DNA of 64,000 nt from the human T2T-CHM13v2.0 reference genome, Homo sapiens, in assembly GCF_009914755.1 (NCBI RefSeq), contig NC_060926.1; one strand, 5' to 3'. Below are positions 15,450 through 30,160 of the stretch, one piece after another; position 1 is the stretch's first letter, and every line of letters begins with the position of its first letter. Made by a program: the position numbers and the translations under genes. The notes beneath the pieces are model-generated. The model made no database searches, was not told where the DNA came from, and worked only from the letters and a program-made list of their open reading frames with translations.

Positions 15450-15594
15450 CCTCATTCAGTCACTCTACAAGTATGTTTTGAGCCTTTGTTAGGCACCAAA
15501 CACTGGTGATCCTGCTTTGAATAGATCATGTCCCTGTGCTGGGAAAGATGCGTTCAATGGAGGAGACAGGGAGCAAACAAACAAACAAACAAAC
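15450..15594 (-). mobile_element. L2 3' end fragment
   Basis: cattcagtcactctacaagtatgttttgagcctttgttaggcacca…gaatagatcatgtccctg. Confidence 0.6.
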
Positions 15595-15596
15595 GG

Positions 15597-16310
<714 letters not shown>

Positions 16311-16319
16311 TCTGCAGTT

Positions 16320-16660
16320 AGCGCAATTTCAGGTAGTGTGGGGAAAACTCAAGAGTCCGGGGATGGAGGGCATCACATAGGGCCATATTCACAATGACGA
16401 GGTCAGGAAAGGCCCCTCGGAGAAGACAGTCTAAGTCAGAGATGCTAATAGTGTGGGGGAGTGAGCACCATCGCTGCCAGCGTGGTAGTGCTGCGGACAG
16501 AGGGACAGCAGGGCCAGGGTCTGGGAGGGGACTGAAACAGCAAGGCAGCCCACGGCTCAAGGTGAACAGGAGTGTGGGCCACATCACAGGCCTTGGAGGC
16601 CACAGGGGAGGGTGCCACTTTATTCTGAATCTGACTGGAAGCTTTAGATGAAGGACTTTG
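16320..16660 (-). mobile_element. L2 fragment
   Basis: ggtcaggaaaggcccctcggagaagacagtctaagtcaga…ggccacatcacaggccttggaggccac…actttattctgaat. Confidence 0.65.
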
Positions 16661-16665
<5 letters not shown>

Positions 16666-16701
<36 letters not shown>

Positions 16702-16722
16702 ATTTGTGCACACACACACACA
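16666..16722. repeat. (TG)n followed by (CA)n
   Basis: Seen directly. Confidence 0.95.
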
Positions 16723-17314
16723 TAGCTACATCTTCCTTATCAGCCTTTTGATGTGGGTGCCCAGGGGCCACCCCTCACTCTCATTCCTATGGTCTTGACT
16801 GCCCCCATGTGCAGTGGTGTAGCTGGTATAGCCAGCACAGTGCTTGGCAGGCAGTAGGCCTTCTGTGTGCATTTGAGAATGACTCAGGTTAACTCCAGCT
16901 CAAGACCTGTCCTGGCCTCCAGTGAACCCCAACTCCTGCACCTCCAGGCGCCCCATCGGAGCCTCACTCCAATGTGTCCCGAAGTGAGCCCTTACCCTCT
17001 CCCCAGTCTTCTGCTCCTCCTCTGCAGACCCCAGGGGCCATGCTTGACTATTGCCTGCCCCTATCCCCATCACCTGCCTGTGGGTCATTGAGGGCGTGGG
17101 TTCTACCCCTGCACAGTTGCGGAAGACACCTTCTCACATCCATCCCCTGACTGTGCGCTTTCTCTCCTGGACGCTGAAATCAGCTGCAACCTGGGCCACT
17201 CCCCTCAGCCTGGCTCCTCCAATCCATCTCCAAATGGCAGCAAGGTCAACTGCTCTGAAGAGCACTCCTGCCCGCCACCCCACCTCCTCCTCAGGTCAAT
17301 TCATCCAGCTGCAC

Positions 17315-17317
<3 letters not shown>

Positions 17318-17358
<41 letters not shown>

Positions 17359-17360
17359 AC
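17318..17360. repeat. (CA)n microsatellite
   Basis: Seen directly. Confidence 0.95.
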
Positions 17361-19039
17361 TCATCCGGCAGCTATGAGCTTAGCAGGGAGAATGCAGAGT
17401 GAGGTGGAAGGGGGTGGGGAGAGAAGTGAGAAAAGGAGAAGGAAGGGAAGGAGACAGGAGGACACGGAAATGGAAGGGAGGGGAGAGGAAGCTGGGACAG
17501 ATGGGGCCGGTGACGGGACCAGGGAACAATAAATAGCATCAAACAACAGTCAGGGTATGAGGCCCCCAGGAAAGAGGCTGAGGGATAGGGAAAGAGAAGC
17601 TGGAGAGATGGGACCTCTGAATTCTAGGGACAAGAAGATCTTTAATAAGCAAGAAGGAACAGATAAAAGAGGAACAACAGCATCAAGGGCAGCTGGGGTG
17701 AATGAAACAGGGCAAGGCTGAAAATGCCGTTGGGTCTGTCCCTCTGAGCTCAGCGACCTCCACCCCACTGTTTACTAAACATACAGCATCTTCTGGATTC
17801 TCCCTGCTGCACTTCCTGTGCCTGGTGATGAACCTGTCTGTGGATGGGGGACCCTCGCTGACCTATGGCAGCTGTTGATCACCAGCGTTTCTGTTCCTAA
17901 GACCCTTGGTGCTGCCTGATCCTGTCAGCTCTCCAGGTGGGCAGAGGCTGCTTGCAGAGCCTGAAAGGGATGCGGACACCGAGCCAGGGCCGGATGCCGG
18001 CCTGTCACTTGCTTCTGGCACACCTGATGATCTGCCACACTCACACATCTGTGCCACAGACCACGCTCTCCTGATTCGGGGATGATGGCGTGAGGTTCAG
18101 TGACCTGCCTATGGCCACACGGCCAGGAGAGGTGGAGCCTGGACAGACACCCAGGTCTGCTGCCTGGGTCTGGTGCCACCAGAACGGGATACACAGAATC
18201 CGCCCCCTCACCCAACTCAACACTACAAGGGGCATCAGGTGCCACCAGGGCAGTGAGGATACAGCTGCCACTCCAGGGCATGAGGGAGGGGGTGAGGTCA
18301 GGCTGTCCCTTGTGAAGCCTGCCAGGAGAGTTTTCAGCTACGAGTAGCAGACGACCCTACCCACAGTGACCCTAGCAAGCAGGGCCTGCGGACAGAGGCA
18401 CCCTCATGTTCCAAAGGCCATCTGTACCCTCATCCTCTAGCACCAGGTCATACCTTCCCCAGGACCCACCCACTGCAGACATCTCTTTCCTCCCTACCAC
18501 CCACCAGGACTGAGGCTGTGAGCCCTGTGTTAGCAGGAGGCCAGGAGTGCATGTTTCCCTCCCAGTCTCTGGAGAAGGTTGGTCCCCCGCCACCACATGA
18601 GCTGTGCAGAGGGGCAGCAAGTGTGCCCCACCCAGATAAGAGCAGGCTGAGCCAGAGGAGGCTGGGCACCAGCCTCATGGTTCCCCTTATGTGGGAGACT
18701 GTGAGAGCGTGTCAGCCAAAAACAGTTGTCACCAACGCCTTGAGGCAGTCCGGGAGGCGTGCAGAGCTGGCCCAGGGTGAAGAGCCCAGAGCCAAACCAA
18801 GAGATGGAGGGCGTGGCAGGGCTGGCCCCAGGATGGATGCCTGAGCTGATCCCCAAGGGGCAGCCAGGGCATAGAGCAGGAGGATGGAGAAAAGTGCTAT
18901 GGTTCTCTTTTGGAACTTCAGTGGGGATGGGTAATGCATTGAATTCAAGCTCAGGAAAGAGAAGAGGTAATTGGGGGGATGCGCCACTGAGTGTCAGACC
19001 CAGCACAGGCAGGTTACCCAGGGCTTAGCTCACTTTTGT

Positions 19040-19140
19040 TCACTATCCCATCAGAGAGTTGCTATTATTGAGATTTTACAGGTGACAAAACTGAGGCTCA
19101 GAGTGGCTCCCTGGCTTGCCTGCAATCACGGAGCTAAATG
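19040..19140 (-). mobile_element. MIR
   Basis: attttacaggtgacaaaactgaggctcagagtggct…cttgcctgcaatcac. Confidence 0.75.
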
Positions 19141-20789
19141 CCCATGCTGGCTTCTATCCACAGCCCTCTCTTCTGACCGTGTGGTCCACCTCATAGCGAC
19201 AGCCCTGCAGACAGACAGGCAGCTGCACCAAGCCCTTCACCATGCCTCCAGCACAGCTCAGCTAGTCCTCCCAGCCACTCTGCCTTGAGATATCACGGCC
19301 CCACCCCGTGGGCAGAGCTCAGAGGGTCGGGGAAGGTGTCCAAGTTTGCCCGGGCCTAAGGACCGAGGTCCCAGCCAGGGCCCCTGCCCTCTCCCCTGTG
19401 TCCCTTTCATTTCTTTACTGATTGTTTTCTTAAGAAGTGTCAAGTGAAGCCTCCCAGAATCATCTTTATCAGTCCTCTTGGAGCCGGCAGCAAAGACAAA
19501 CAGGTCAGCCCATTCTTGGGGAACCTGGGCCAGGGAACCTTGTGAGTAAAGGGAGCCAGGCCAGGTGCCCAAGGTCAGGGAACCCAGGGGGGCTCAGGAT
19601 GTCAGGGGCACTGGCAAGCAAAGATAGGCTGGCAGGAGCTGAGGCATAGAGGGGGAGCAGGGGAGGTCCCAGGCCAAGTTCCCTCAGTCATGCCTCCCCT
19701 GGAGGGAACAGGTGCTGTCCCAGGCCTGGGGCCTGCCATCTTTCCCCCATCAGGAGGGGCCATGTGGAGGGGCACACTCAGGAGTGAGGTGGGCGACAGG
19801 TCCTCCGAGGGTAGAGGCGGGTGGGAGAGGGAAGCAGGGTGGGTGTGGGAAGGGGCCCCAGCCCTGGATGCGAGAGATCACAAGTGCAGTCCTATGTCTG
19901 GCATGTTGAATGAATGAATGAGTATACCCATGGGACACCCATCCTAAGCCATGTCAGACATGGGACAGCTTGGAGAGAAGGATGGGGTTCCCAACCCCAA
20001 GGAGCTCCCAGTGCAGCGGTCACCCCTGTTGCTGGCTTGTCCCCCACCAGAACCTCAGCCCTGACCACAGCTTTCTTCCTTGCTTCTAAGCTTCCCCCTA
20101 GCACTCCCACCCCTGAGGGAGCTCCTGGGAGCTAGAGCCACAGAAGGCTGCCTCTGCACTCTGCCATCCCTGAGGCTTTCCTGAGACCATGACCCCTGGT
20201 TCTCCCAGAAGCCTTGCTTGTTCCCTGGTTGGAGGAGATCCTGGGTGAATCCAACCTCTGGCTGAATGGTGGGGAGACAGGCCCACTTGCTTGCTGTGGC
20301 AGAGATAGAAAAGCCCTGGTCCCTGGGGGTGAGGGGTGTGAGCAACAGCTGCAATGCCCCTTGGAAGACGGAAGCCCTTGGAGCAGGGAGGCTCACAGTG
20401 GAGCCAACTACAGAGGGATGATCCCAACACTCAGGTGGGGATGAGCCTGAGGATCCCCCAGGTCTCACTCCTGGCTGGGGGTGGAAAACAGTGGGGTGGC
20501 CAGGGAGTGGGAGGGTCCTGAGGCCCTCTTTCCCTCTGGAGAAGGCCTTTGGGGGTGCAGGGGCTTCATGCTACCAGCATCCAAATCACCAAACCACACA
20601 TCTTTGGGGCAATTCCACGCAATATAACCACAGCGCTGAGATTGTCATTGTTTTTAATGGAGTATGAGGCTACCTGACAGATCTCTGTGGCTCCTAAAGA
20701 GGAGGAAAGGGGCTGCGAGCAGGTGGAGACAGGGATTGAGGCAGTGTGGAGGCTTCCACTGCAGGGAGCAGAAAACTCAACCCCAATGT

Positions 20790-21210
20790 CACCAAGGAAA
20801 ATGTCACATGACAAGAACTCTTGAGGAAGCGCAGCACCAAGGTTGATTAATTTAGCAATTCAGTGACATCATGGTGGGCCCAGGCTCCTTCCATGTTTCA
20901 AGTCTGTCCCCCACTCAGTGTGTTAGCTTTGTCCTCGGACTCACACCCCTCATGGTGTGGGTATGGCTGCCAGTGTTCCAAGCATCACATACAAATGACA
21001 CCATTGAGGGAGAGAGAGAACACCTCTCCCTATGTGTCTTTTTTATCAGTGAGAAACCTTTCCCAAAGCATGCTTCCCCTCACATCTTATTGGCCAGAAT
21101 TGTGTCACAGGCCTACCTCTAGACCAATCACTGATGAAGAGCCATGTTTGGCTTAGAATAATTAGGATTTACCCTTGAGTCATGGAGTGAGTGTGGACAA
21201 CAGCAAAACC
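20790..21210 (-). mobile_element. MaLR LTR (old MLT1, K/L-like)
   Basis: ggctgccagtgttccaagcatcacat…ttcccctcacatcttattggccagaattgtgtcaca…ctagaccaatcactg. Confidence 0.7.
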
Positions 21211-22149
21211 AAGTCTCACCAGGGAGCAAGACTGACTGGGGGCTGTTGAAGAAGTGGCCAGCCTCCAGGGCAACATAGGTTGGGTCCTTCAGAACCACAG
21301 TGTCCCAGGGCCTATGGGACCCAAGCACACTGGATGCAAACAAGGCTGGAAGGCCAACCCTTGTCTGGGTCCTCAGGGTTACATAGCAACACACACCTGA
21401 GAACGACTGTTGCTGGGGGAGGGGACCCTGGCTGGGGCCAGGGCTGCAAAGATGAGGGCCAAGGAAGCTATGTGAATCTGGAGTCAGACAGGCTAGGCCC
21501 CTGGGGCCCTTTTGGTCTAATGCTGTCCAGCACTGAGTGATGCCTGCTCCTCATTGTGGGCTCTGCAGACATCTGTCAGATGAGGCCCTGCAGGAAAGAA
21601 TAAATACAGCCCGGCGGGGTTGGCCTCAGCTCAGATGCCTCTCTAGAAAAGCCCAGCTCCACAGGCGTCGGCCTCCTCCCATGCTCGCAGTAAAGACAGG
21701 ATCTTCATGGGATGGTCAATGAGGGAAAAGTCTGCACCCTCTGGGACAGCATCCACTTCCTGCCAAGGAATCGTCTCATTGTTTTACAGCCCAGAGGCTT
21801 CCCTGGGACTTCCCCCAACTATGAGCGAGGCCACATGGGAAGGGGCAGGAATGGGCCCCACCAGGGTTATGTCTCCTCATGTCATTAGCCGCTGCTGATA
21901 GAAAGTCAAATGACCCTCGGTAGGAGGTGGCGTGCGGAGGAATATATACGCTGCTTACCTGGGCTGAAATGGGGCTGTTCCTTCCAACCCCTGGCTGCAG
22001 CGTCATTTGCTTTTTAAGAGGAGCCCAGGAGGGCCACAGAACCGGCCCCAGACAGGAAATGAACACTGTGGCTTTCAGAGATTTCAGGGTCAGCTCAGGC
22101 GGAGGAGTTGTGGAAAGACCTTTTTAACTTTCAAATTAGTTTTCTCATC

Positions 22150-22290
22150 TATGGGCTCATTTGATTCTCTTCACAGCCCTGGAAGACAGTGGACCCAAAG
22201 ATATTTACTCATTTGACAGATGAGAGAGCTGAGTGACTTGCTCAAGGTCCCACTTTGGAAGAGTCATAGCTCTGAGATTAGAATCCTCAG
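22150..22290 (-). mobile_element. MIR
   Basis: ctcatttgattctcttcacagccct…catttgacagatgagagagctgagtgacttgctcaaggtc. Confidence 0.75.
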
Positions 22291-25200
22291 AGATCCCTAG
22301 GCTGTTCCACTGGACCATTCGTGATGCTCCTTGAGGGGTGAGCAGGCCTCAAAACGGGAGGGGGCTTTCGGAGACCCAGCCCTCCCAAACGAATGCCCAG
22401 AAGTCATGAGACCCTTTCTGGAGGCATCCAGCTGTCCTGTAATTGGCTGAAGCTTCATCCGAAAAGCTGGCAGACACGTGTCGGTTGTGACGTGGTGCTT
22501 TGAACTTAGTTCCCAATGCCATGTTTGGTATGCTGCAATATTGTGACTGATCTTTAGCAATATAATTGTAGAGGATTGGTGGGGACATGGAGTCACTTGT
22601 GCCTGGCAGAGCTGCCCAAACCTTTTCATCAAAAGTGAGGCAGGACTCCACCCAGCTGACCCCATGAATAGAAAGGGCACATTGCCTAACTCTCTGAAAC
22701 ACCCAGAGCCATGAGCCACCCCGCCTGGCCCAGTGGCAGCTGTGTGTCTGCTGAGCCCTCCTGAAGGACGTGTATTTCCCTTGACCACAGAAGGCAAGCC
22801 TGTTTCCAGGCATCCTTGGTGCCCAGTTGCTGGAGGCTGCCCCAGTTCCTGACAGAGCTGAGCCAGCCTCGGTTCTGCCATAGGCATGTGCTGGCCACGT
22901 CTGGGTGGGTGAGGAAGGCGGCCCTTTGCTTCCTTACTCAGAAACCACTTGCTTCCCCTCCCGACCCCCAGGTCCACATGCCTGGGAAGCTGTGCTGAAG
23001 CTGTCCTGGCTTCACTCCCCTCTAAGCCTTTGACTCTGGGAAAGGCTCATCATTCCAAATGGACATAACCTGCTTCTGGTTCCACCTTGAAGCTAGAAAT
23101 CGAGGCTTCAATTGGCTGTTGTAGCACCTGCAACCAGGAGTCTCCCTGTCCTAGATCCCTCCCTCCAAGGGGCAGGAGGTAGCCCCCAAGGTGCTACGCA
23201 AGTAGAGGGTGTGGCTGTCAGACACGGAGGCCCTCCCATGGGCCTGCCGAGAGGAGTTGTATGTACTAGGACACCTTCCAGCTCTTGCCTTCATGGGAGG
23301 AGCAGAAATGACTGCTGAAGCCTCCCTTCTCTCCTCCCCTTCCTTTCCCTTTCTTTCTGCAAATGTTCACTTGGCTGTGCCATGCTCACAGCTAGGCTGG
23401 GAGGGGAGCAGGGGAGATAGGGGTGTCTCTCAAGGGCTTTGGTCTTCCCTCAATTTCAAGCCCCTTTTCTAAGGCTTGAAAGCTCATCCAAAGCTCACCC
23501 CAACCCCATCCTGAGCCTCCTCTGAGGACATGGACCTCCCTGAGCTCTTCAGCTCTTCTGGACCACACCAGAAAAGCCGCTCCCGAGGGGCCTCAGGGGC
23601 CTCTCCAGTGCTCCAGCCCAAAGTGCACAAAACCAGCCATGCTGGGCTCCCAGCCCACTTCACCTGGATCTCCATCCGGGCTCATCCTGGAACCCCGCTT
23701 CCCCCACCAACAATCTTCACATCCTGCCGGTTACACCCGGGCGTAGCTCCTGAGCGTGTCCTGTCTCTCTGCTCCCGTGCACCCTCTCCTCTCCAGGATC
23801 CCTTTCGCAGCCCCCTCACTGGTGTCTTGCCTCAGCCCTTCCGCTTCCCAGCCCGCTTTTCCCCAGGAGGGAAGATCATTCTGGATGCACACTTGTCTGT
23901 CTCTAAGGCCTGTAAGACAAAGTGCAGACACTCCAGCAGGGCTCAGAAGGCCCCGCTTTCCCAGGGAAGAAGCTGATTCATCCCCCCGGCTTCCCTGGTC
24001 ACAACTGTCCACTCCCTGCACCAAGCCCCACTTTGCACTTCACTTTCCTAACACCTGTAACCTCCTTCTGGCTCCCCTCTCCTCTTCCTGCTCCCCTTTC
24101 TCCTTTAACTCAGGCCTCACCTCCTACAGGAAGCCTTCCCAGAACACCTTCCCATATTCTTCCCCCAGCCTGGGTTCGGGGACCCTGCATGGGGTCGCCT
24201 CTCTTCTTGCATCTATCACACCACGTTACCTGCATCTGTTTCTGTGTCTGTCCCCCACCTGAGAGTGGGCTCCTAAGGACAGGAGCCATCGAGCTGGTCT
24301 TCATAGGTGGGCTCCGCATGCAGACCTGTCAGGTGCCCCCCACCACTGCCCCCGCCCCAGAGAAACAGAGCCAGCAGGAGCCCAGGGAAGATGCAGCAGC
24401 AACGAGCTCTGGGAGATGTGGTTCTGGGACAGAAGCCTCTGGCTTGCTGTGTGACCCTAGGCAAACCATATCATCTCTCCAATCCTCTATTGCTTCATCT
24501 ACCATGCAAGGAAAGGGACAAAACTCTCTGCCCCCTGTCCCCATCTTCAGGTGGGGTGGCAGTGGGGAGCTGGAGACGCATGGGGTCCCAGGATTACCAA
24601 CATTCCCAAACAGGGTGTGTCCCGGAGACACAGAGCAGGGTGGCTTTGCCAGCTGAGGATGAAAACCAGGCGGAAATGAGCTAAAGTAATTCCAGGTGTC
24701 GGTTTTCTGTGCAACAGGTGTGACCCGCCTCCGTGGCACCAGGACACACAGTTCTGTTAGCTGAAGCACAGAACACCTTCTCCACTGCATAAGCCACCCC
24801 CAAAACACCTATTGCACATCTCTGAGTCTCCTTTTCCTCCCCCTTCTCGTTCTTCACCCCTGTATCCCCAGAGAACCCCTACATCTCCAAACTTCAGACC
24901 AAAACTCTCTCTTCTCTGACAGCCTTCCCTGCTCCCTCTTCAAAGTAGATTCTTGGTGCCACTCTGGGCCCCAGCATTTAACAGCTGCCATCCTCCCCAG
25001 GGTCAAAGTGCTAATTGGCTACTAAAAGTGACTTCAGTCCATACTCAAAGCTCAGGAAAACGCCCTCTACCCCAGCACACGCGTGCGTGCACACACACGG
25101 ACCCCAGGCTTGTCTTCTCTTCTGAGCATGGCCACTCTAGTTTGGAGGCTCTATCTTCTGCAACCTGAGTTGGTCCTACCCTCACCCCCACCCCCACCCC

Positions 25201-28169
25201 GATTCCCAGGCCCAGTCCAGACCCCCAAAATCCCAGGGCCAGCTAGGGGTCCTAGAACTGGCTTTCAGCCTCCAGCGTTCTCTTTCCCCTCTCCAACGCC
25301 CTTCTTCTCAGCAGGGACTCCTGTCCTCTCATGGAAATTTGCCGTCCTGTGTCCCATTGCCCAAGAACTTCTCCCAGCTGAAAAAGGAGCCCGTAATAAG
25401 TGTTCGGGGTTGAGCAGATCATACATATTTGCAATGCTACCGGAGATGGGGGGAGAAAATGCGTTAGCCCAATGGAATGAATGGCATGGGTGATGTGGCT
25501 GAAGGCAGAGAGACTGGGGCAGGGAGGGCAAGGGCCAGCTCCTTCCTTCACCGCCCTCACACCGCCTGTGCCCAGGGCTGGCAGCACCCTGAAGGTGAGG
25601 AGAAAGGCCCAGAGCTTTGCCCCCTGATTCCTCCGGCTCCGCCTCACCCCGCCTGCCATCCGTGCATGCAAAGCCAGGCCTCTGGAATTGTGCCGCCAGG
25701 CCCCGGGCTGGAAGGGAAAGGGCTGCCAGGGCTCGAGTCCAAGGGAAGCCCACGAGCTTCAAATTTAGAACTTGAGTCTCTCAAGGTCTGAGTCTATTTA
25801 GACTCTTAGAAACACAACCTCCGTTCCTCAAACATAACCGGCGAGTGGTGGGTGGGGAGTGCAGGGAGAGAGCGTAAAACATCTCATAAAAAGGCTGTGC
25901 GTCCTGCTGGACATCAAAGGGCTCTTAAGGAGCGCATGCGGATGAGTTCAGGGTAGAGGAGTCATCAGCATATGGATTAAATTCCCTATTCATTATGCAT
26001 CCGTCAGAGCGTCAGGAGAAAACTTCACACAGCATGGCCCCAGTTCAACAAGCTGGAAAACGCTCTGAGTCACGGAGGGACCCCAAAGGCAATCAGCCGC
26101 TCCCCGCCATCCTGAATCTTCTTCCGCTGTGGAAAAACCTGCGCTAGAGGAAACCGGCTGTGCTAATTCAGACAGGCTGGCCCCACTCACCACGGTCAGC
26201 CCCTCCACGCCTCTCCAAGTTCTGCTGCAGCAGGGCCAGCTCACCCAGATATAACTGGGCCCCTCTCCTGCATCTGGCCCCTCCTGGCTCTCCCCACTGC
26301 CACCCAGGGCTGTGACCTATTGCCCGTCCCCATCCCCACAACGGCAACCTGTGTCTCCCTGAGAGGAGAGGGAGGGCAGAAAGGTGCCCCGGCACCCATC
26401 CAGCAGGCCTGTCCCGCCCAGGCAGGGCTTTCTGACTGATGGAGGACCCTGTACATCCCCTCCCTACGCTCATCCCAGCCCACCTCACAGGTCAATCGCC
26501 TCTCCCAAATTCATCCCAGCATCCAGGCCTCCCTGAAATCCCCATGCCCCACGAAGCCCAAGGCCTAAAGTGCTCACCCCTCCGCCATCTAGAGTCAGCG
26601 GGAGGTTCTGATAACATGTGCTGCATGTAGCCGGAGGACCCAGCAACGCAAGATTCCTGCTTTGCGAATTGCCGCCGCTCCTCCGGGGTCCTGAGGAGAT
26701 GTGTGCGAAGAAGACCAATAGCAAGGTGGCCACAGGACCCCACTTCAGGAATGGAGGACTTATTTCCCCAGCTGCTAAGATGTCTCCAGCGCCCCCTGCC
26801 CTCCTCTTCCTGCAGGCAGAAGAGAGCCCCCTTGCCCAAGAGCACGACCCTTCCTCAGTGGGACCCATCAATGGCTGAGTGATGGCACTGAGGTACAGAG
26901 GCTGGGGACACACCTCCAATGCAAATCTCTATCTCAGCTGCTTTCCAGGGAACCCCACCTGTGACATACCAAGCAGGAAACTAATAACCACTTCACTAAA
27001 AACTGGCCTCTCGTCCAGTATTGCCCAGTGCAGAGTTCCAGGAAAGCTGAGACAGAGAAAGCACTTTGGTCCTTCCCGGTGGGGAGGCATCCTATCTCCC
27101 CACAAACATGAATCCAAATCTCTCTGGCCAGCCATGCCCAAACCCACACACTTTCCATGCAGAGGAACAAAACAAAGTCTGAGAATAAACCCGGACCCTC
27201 TTCCCGTGCCAAGAGAGACAGACGATAGCAAAGGAGGCAGCCTATTCACAGCGGGTGGTTTGCATGTACAGGGCCCTGCCTACCAGCAAAGGTGGCCCAC
27301 TGGTGGGCTTTGCCATCTGACTAGAGCAGGAGCTTCACCTCTCTTGGATATGATGGGTGCACGGAGGGAGCCCAGGGCGAGCCCAGGGCTCACCAAAACC
27401 AAGTTCCAGGCCCAGCTTCAGAGAGTATTGTTATGAAGCAGGCATTCGCCGCAGTCCTAGGAGCCTTCATTTTCTCAGCTATAAAATGGCAGCATCAATG
27501 GCGCCATCCCACTGGTCTCATGAGTTGGGGTGAGGACACGCTGGGAGAGAGTAGTGGAAAGGCTCCCTGCCCTCAAGGGGTGCACACATGCAGAAACCGA
27601 CTGTTACGATGATGATGAATGGTCTTGCCTTCCCCTCCAGGGTCCCCTTCTCAGGAGGGCCGGGATCAGGCTTCACATCTGGGTTTCCCTCCAGCCAGCA
27701 GAACCAGCCTGGACACAGGTGTTCCCTGAAGCTGGCCAGATGATGAACTAACGACTGAAGGAATCAAGAAGACAGATGATGACTCGGCGTGGTGTGGAGC
27801 CCAGATCAGCTGTTAGGGACCTTCACACAGCACTCCTCTCCATAATCGTTTCACTACTTTTGTCCTAAAATCCACAGCTTGCGAGTTGGTTTTCTGTATC
27901 ATTTGTGGCATTAGCCTGAGACTCTGGAAAGGACAGGAAAAGGGAAGCACAGTGATTGCTCACAGGGGCTCTGTGTACTTTACCTCCCAGATGTTCTGCA
28001 AAACAGGTGTCACCACTGCAGGGCGGGCACTGCACCCCAGCACACAGCTGAGCTGGGGGTGGGGTCCAGGGCTTGAGCTCAGCCTGCGGTCCACTCCCCA
28101 AGCCCTGTGCCCAGAGGATCAATTTTTTCTAATTCATGCAAAGATGCTCTATAGGTTGGCAGTTCCCAG

Positions 28170-28285
28170 ATACCTAACCCCTGTGAGGCATGGTGCCATT
28201 TTTCAGAGGGAGAAACTGAGGCTCAGAAAAGTTCACTTGCCCAACCAAGGTCACACCACAGGTGAGTAGTGGAGCCAGGACCTTG
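28170..28285 (-). mobile_element. MIR
   Basis: ccatttttcagagggagaaactgaggctcagaaaagtt…caaggtcacac…gtagtggagccagga. Confidence 0.8.
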
Positions 28286-28519
28286 GGCAAGTGAATTTCA
28301 GGCTGGGCTTGAGCCCTGGCCTCCTGGAGTCAGATAGACTCTACTCCTTATAGAATGTGGGTGTGGACTCCATTTCTTACAGAGTGTGGACACTGTGACC
28401 ACAGAGTGGCCCCATAAAGTGGCCACCTCTACAGATGTTGGACAGAGGCTTTCTTCACAGGCTGGCTTATGCTCAACCCCACCTTACAATTTGGGCATGC
28501 AGATAATTCCTTCCATGAT

Positions 28520-28860
28520 GTGTTAGTTACAGTTCTTCTGATTTCAAGTAATAGAGACCAAACCAGCAAAAGAAAAAAACTTTATTAGAAAGATACTGAG
28601 AGGCCTGAAGGAACTCAAAATCCCAGAAGAACAGAATCCAAGATTGTCCAGGACAGTTCGGAGGATCTCAGAGGTGGAAATGGATTGCCTTTCATCCAGA
28701 ACCCTGGCATGAGCTCCATTTGGCTTTTAGTCCCTCTGTTACAGTTCCAAATTCCTAAGAGAGAGACTCTGCATGTTGGGCAACTTGGGTCAAGTGTCTC
28801 CTTCAGTGAATCGTTTCCTGGGGCCAGGTCCCCTGTGGCAGCATGATTGCTCACAGCCCA
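28520..28860 (-). mobile_element. Old MaLR LTR (MLT1 M/N/O-like)
   Basis: gttagttacagttcttctgatttcaagtaatagagacc…tttattagaaagatact…ccaaattcctaagagagagactctg…cttgggtcaagtgtc. Confidence 0.55.
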
Positions 28861-28912
28861 ACACTGTGATCATGGCCAGTTACCATGTGGGGGATGTACA
28901 CGCCACCCTTAG

Positions 28913-29314
<402 letters not shown>

Positions 29315-29852
29315 CCACACACTTCTTAAAAACACGCAGGATCCAGGCCTTGGTGCTGGTAGATAACAAGGGTAAACATCCATTCTCATGAGTGGCACTG
29401 CTCAGGCCCCAGGGAAATCCATTTCTATATCTCTTGTTTAATGTCCTCAACACAAAAGGCATCTAAATGCTGGAAAATTTGTGAGTTACACCTCTGCAGA
29501 TGTCAGGCAGACACTGCTTCCAGAGGGAAGGAGAATTTGCATGGTGGAAGCTCTTCCCTAAGAGAAAATACAAACTGTTTCACTTGTTAAATCCTCTCAG
29601 CACCAATGCAATAGATTTTTAATGACTTATGTTTAGTAGCAAAATATTGTTTCCTAGTAACGTTGAGCATCTATTTCCTTCTCTTCCTGTTCCAATTCAT
29701 GATTCTGAAGGCACCTGATAATTAGCATATCTTTCACAATAGTGGAGTTGATATTTTGCATGAGCAGCTGAGAAATATATTGCAATATTAAACAATTCGT
29801 TTTACTCTTCAATTAGTATATATGTAGGTCTACATTAGAAGTAACATGATGA

Positions 29853-30160
29853 GGCCGGGCGCAGTGGCTCACGCCTGTAATCCCAGTACTTTGGGAGGCT
29901 GAGGCGGGCAGATCACGAGGTCAAGAGATCAAGACCATCCTGGCCAATGTGGTAAAACCCCGTCTCTACTAAAAATACAAAAATTAGCTGGGTGTGGCGG
30001 CGGGTGCCTGTAGTCTCAGCTACTCAGGAGACTGAGGCAGGAGAATCGCTTGAACCCGGGAGGAGGAGGTTACAGTGAGCCAAGATCGCCACTGTACTCC
30101 AGCCAGGCAAAAAAGCGAGACTTTGTCTCAAAAAAAAAAAAAAAAAAAGAAGAAGAAGAA
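29853..30160 (+). mobile_element. AluSc-like, inserted in the hAT element
   Basis: ggtcaagagatcaagaccatcctggcc; A-tail turning into (GAA)n; imperfect TSD gaagtaacatgatga / gaagaatatgatga. Confidence 0.96.

Noticed and set aside
23922-24656. Longest ORF (244 aa, plus strand)
   Set aside because: GTG start, low-complexity P/S/L content, runs through L2/MIR-like sequence, no family resemblance
25083-25493. Pro-rich ORF with internal ATG (MATLVWRLYLLQPELV…)
   Set aside because: No homology I can name; the prolines come from C-runs. Would need Ribo-seq or conservation support.
28345-28450. Loose repetition of acagagtgtggac-like words
   Set aside because: No consistent period or spacer structure; not a CRISPR-like or true tandem array
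29330-29470. Possible continuation of ERV-L pol (…STKAWIL) left of the hAT element
   Set aside because: Only 3-4 residues resemble ERV-L TRAWF; not distinguishable from chance without alignment
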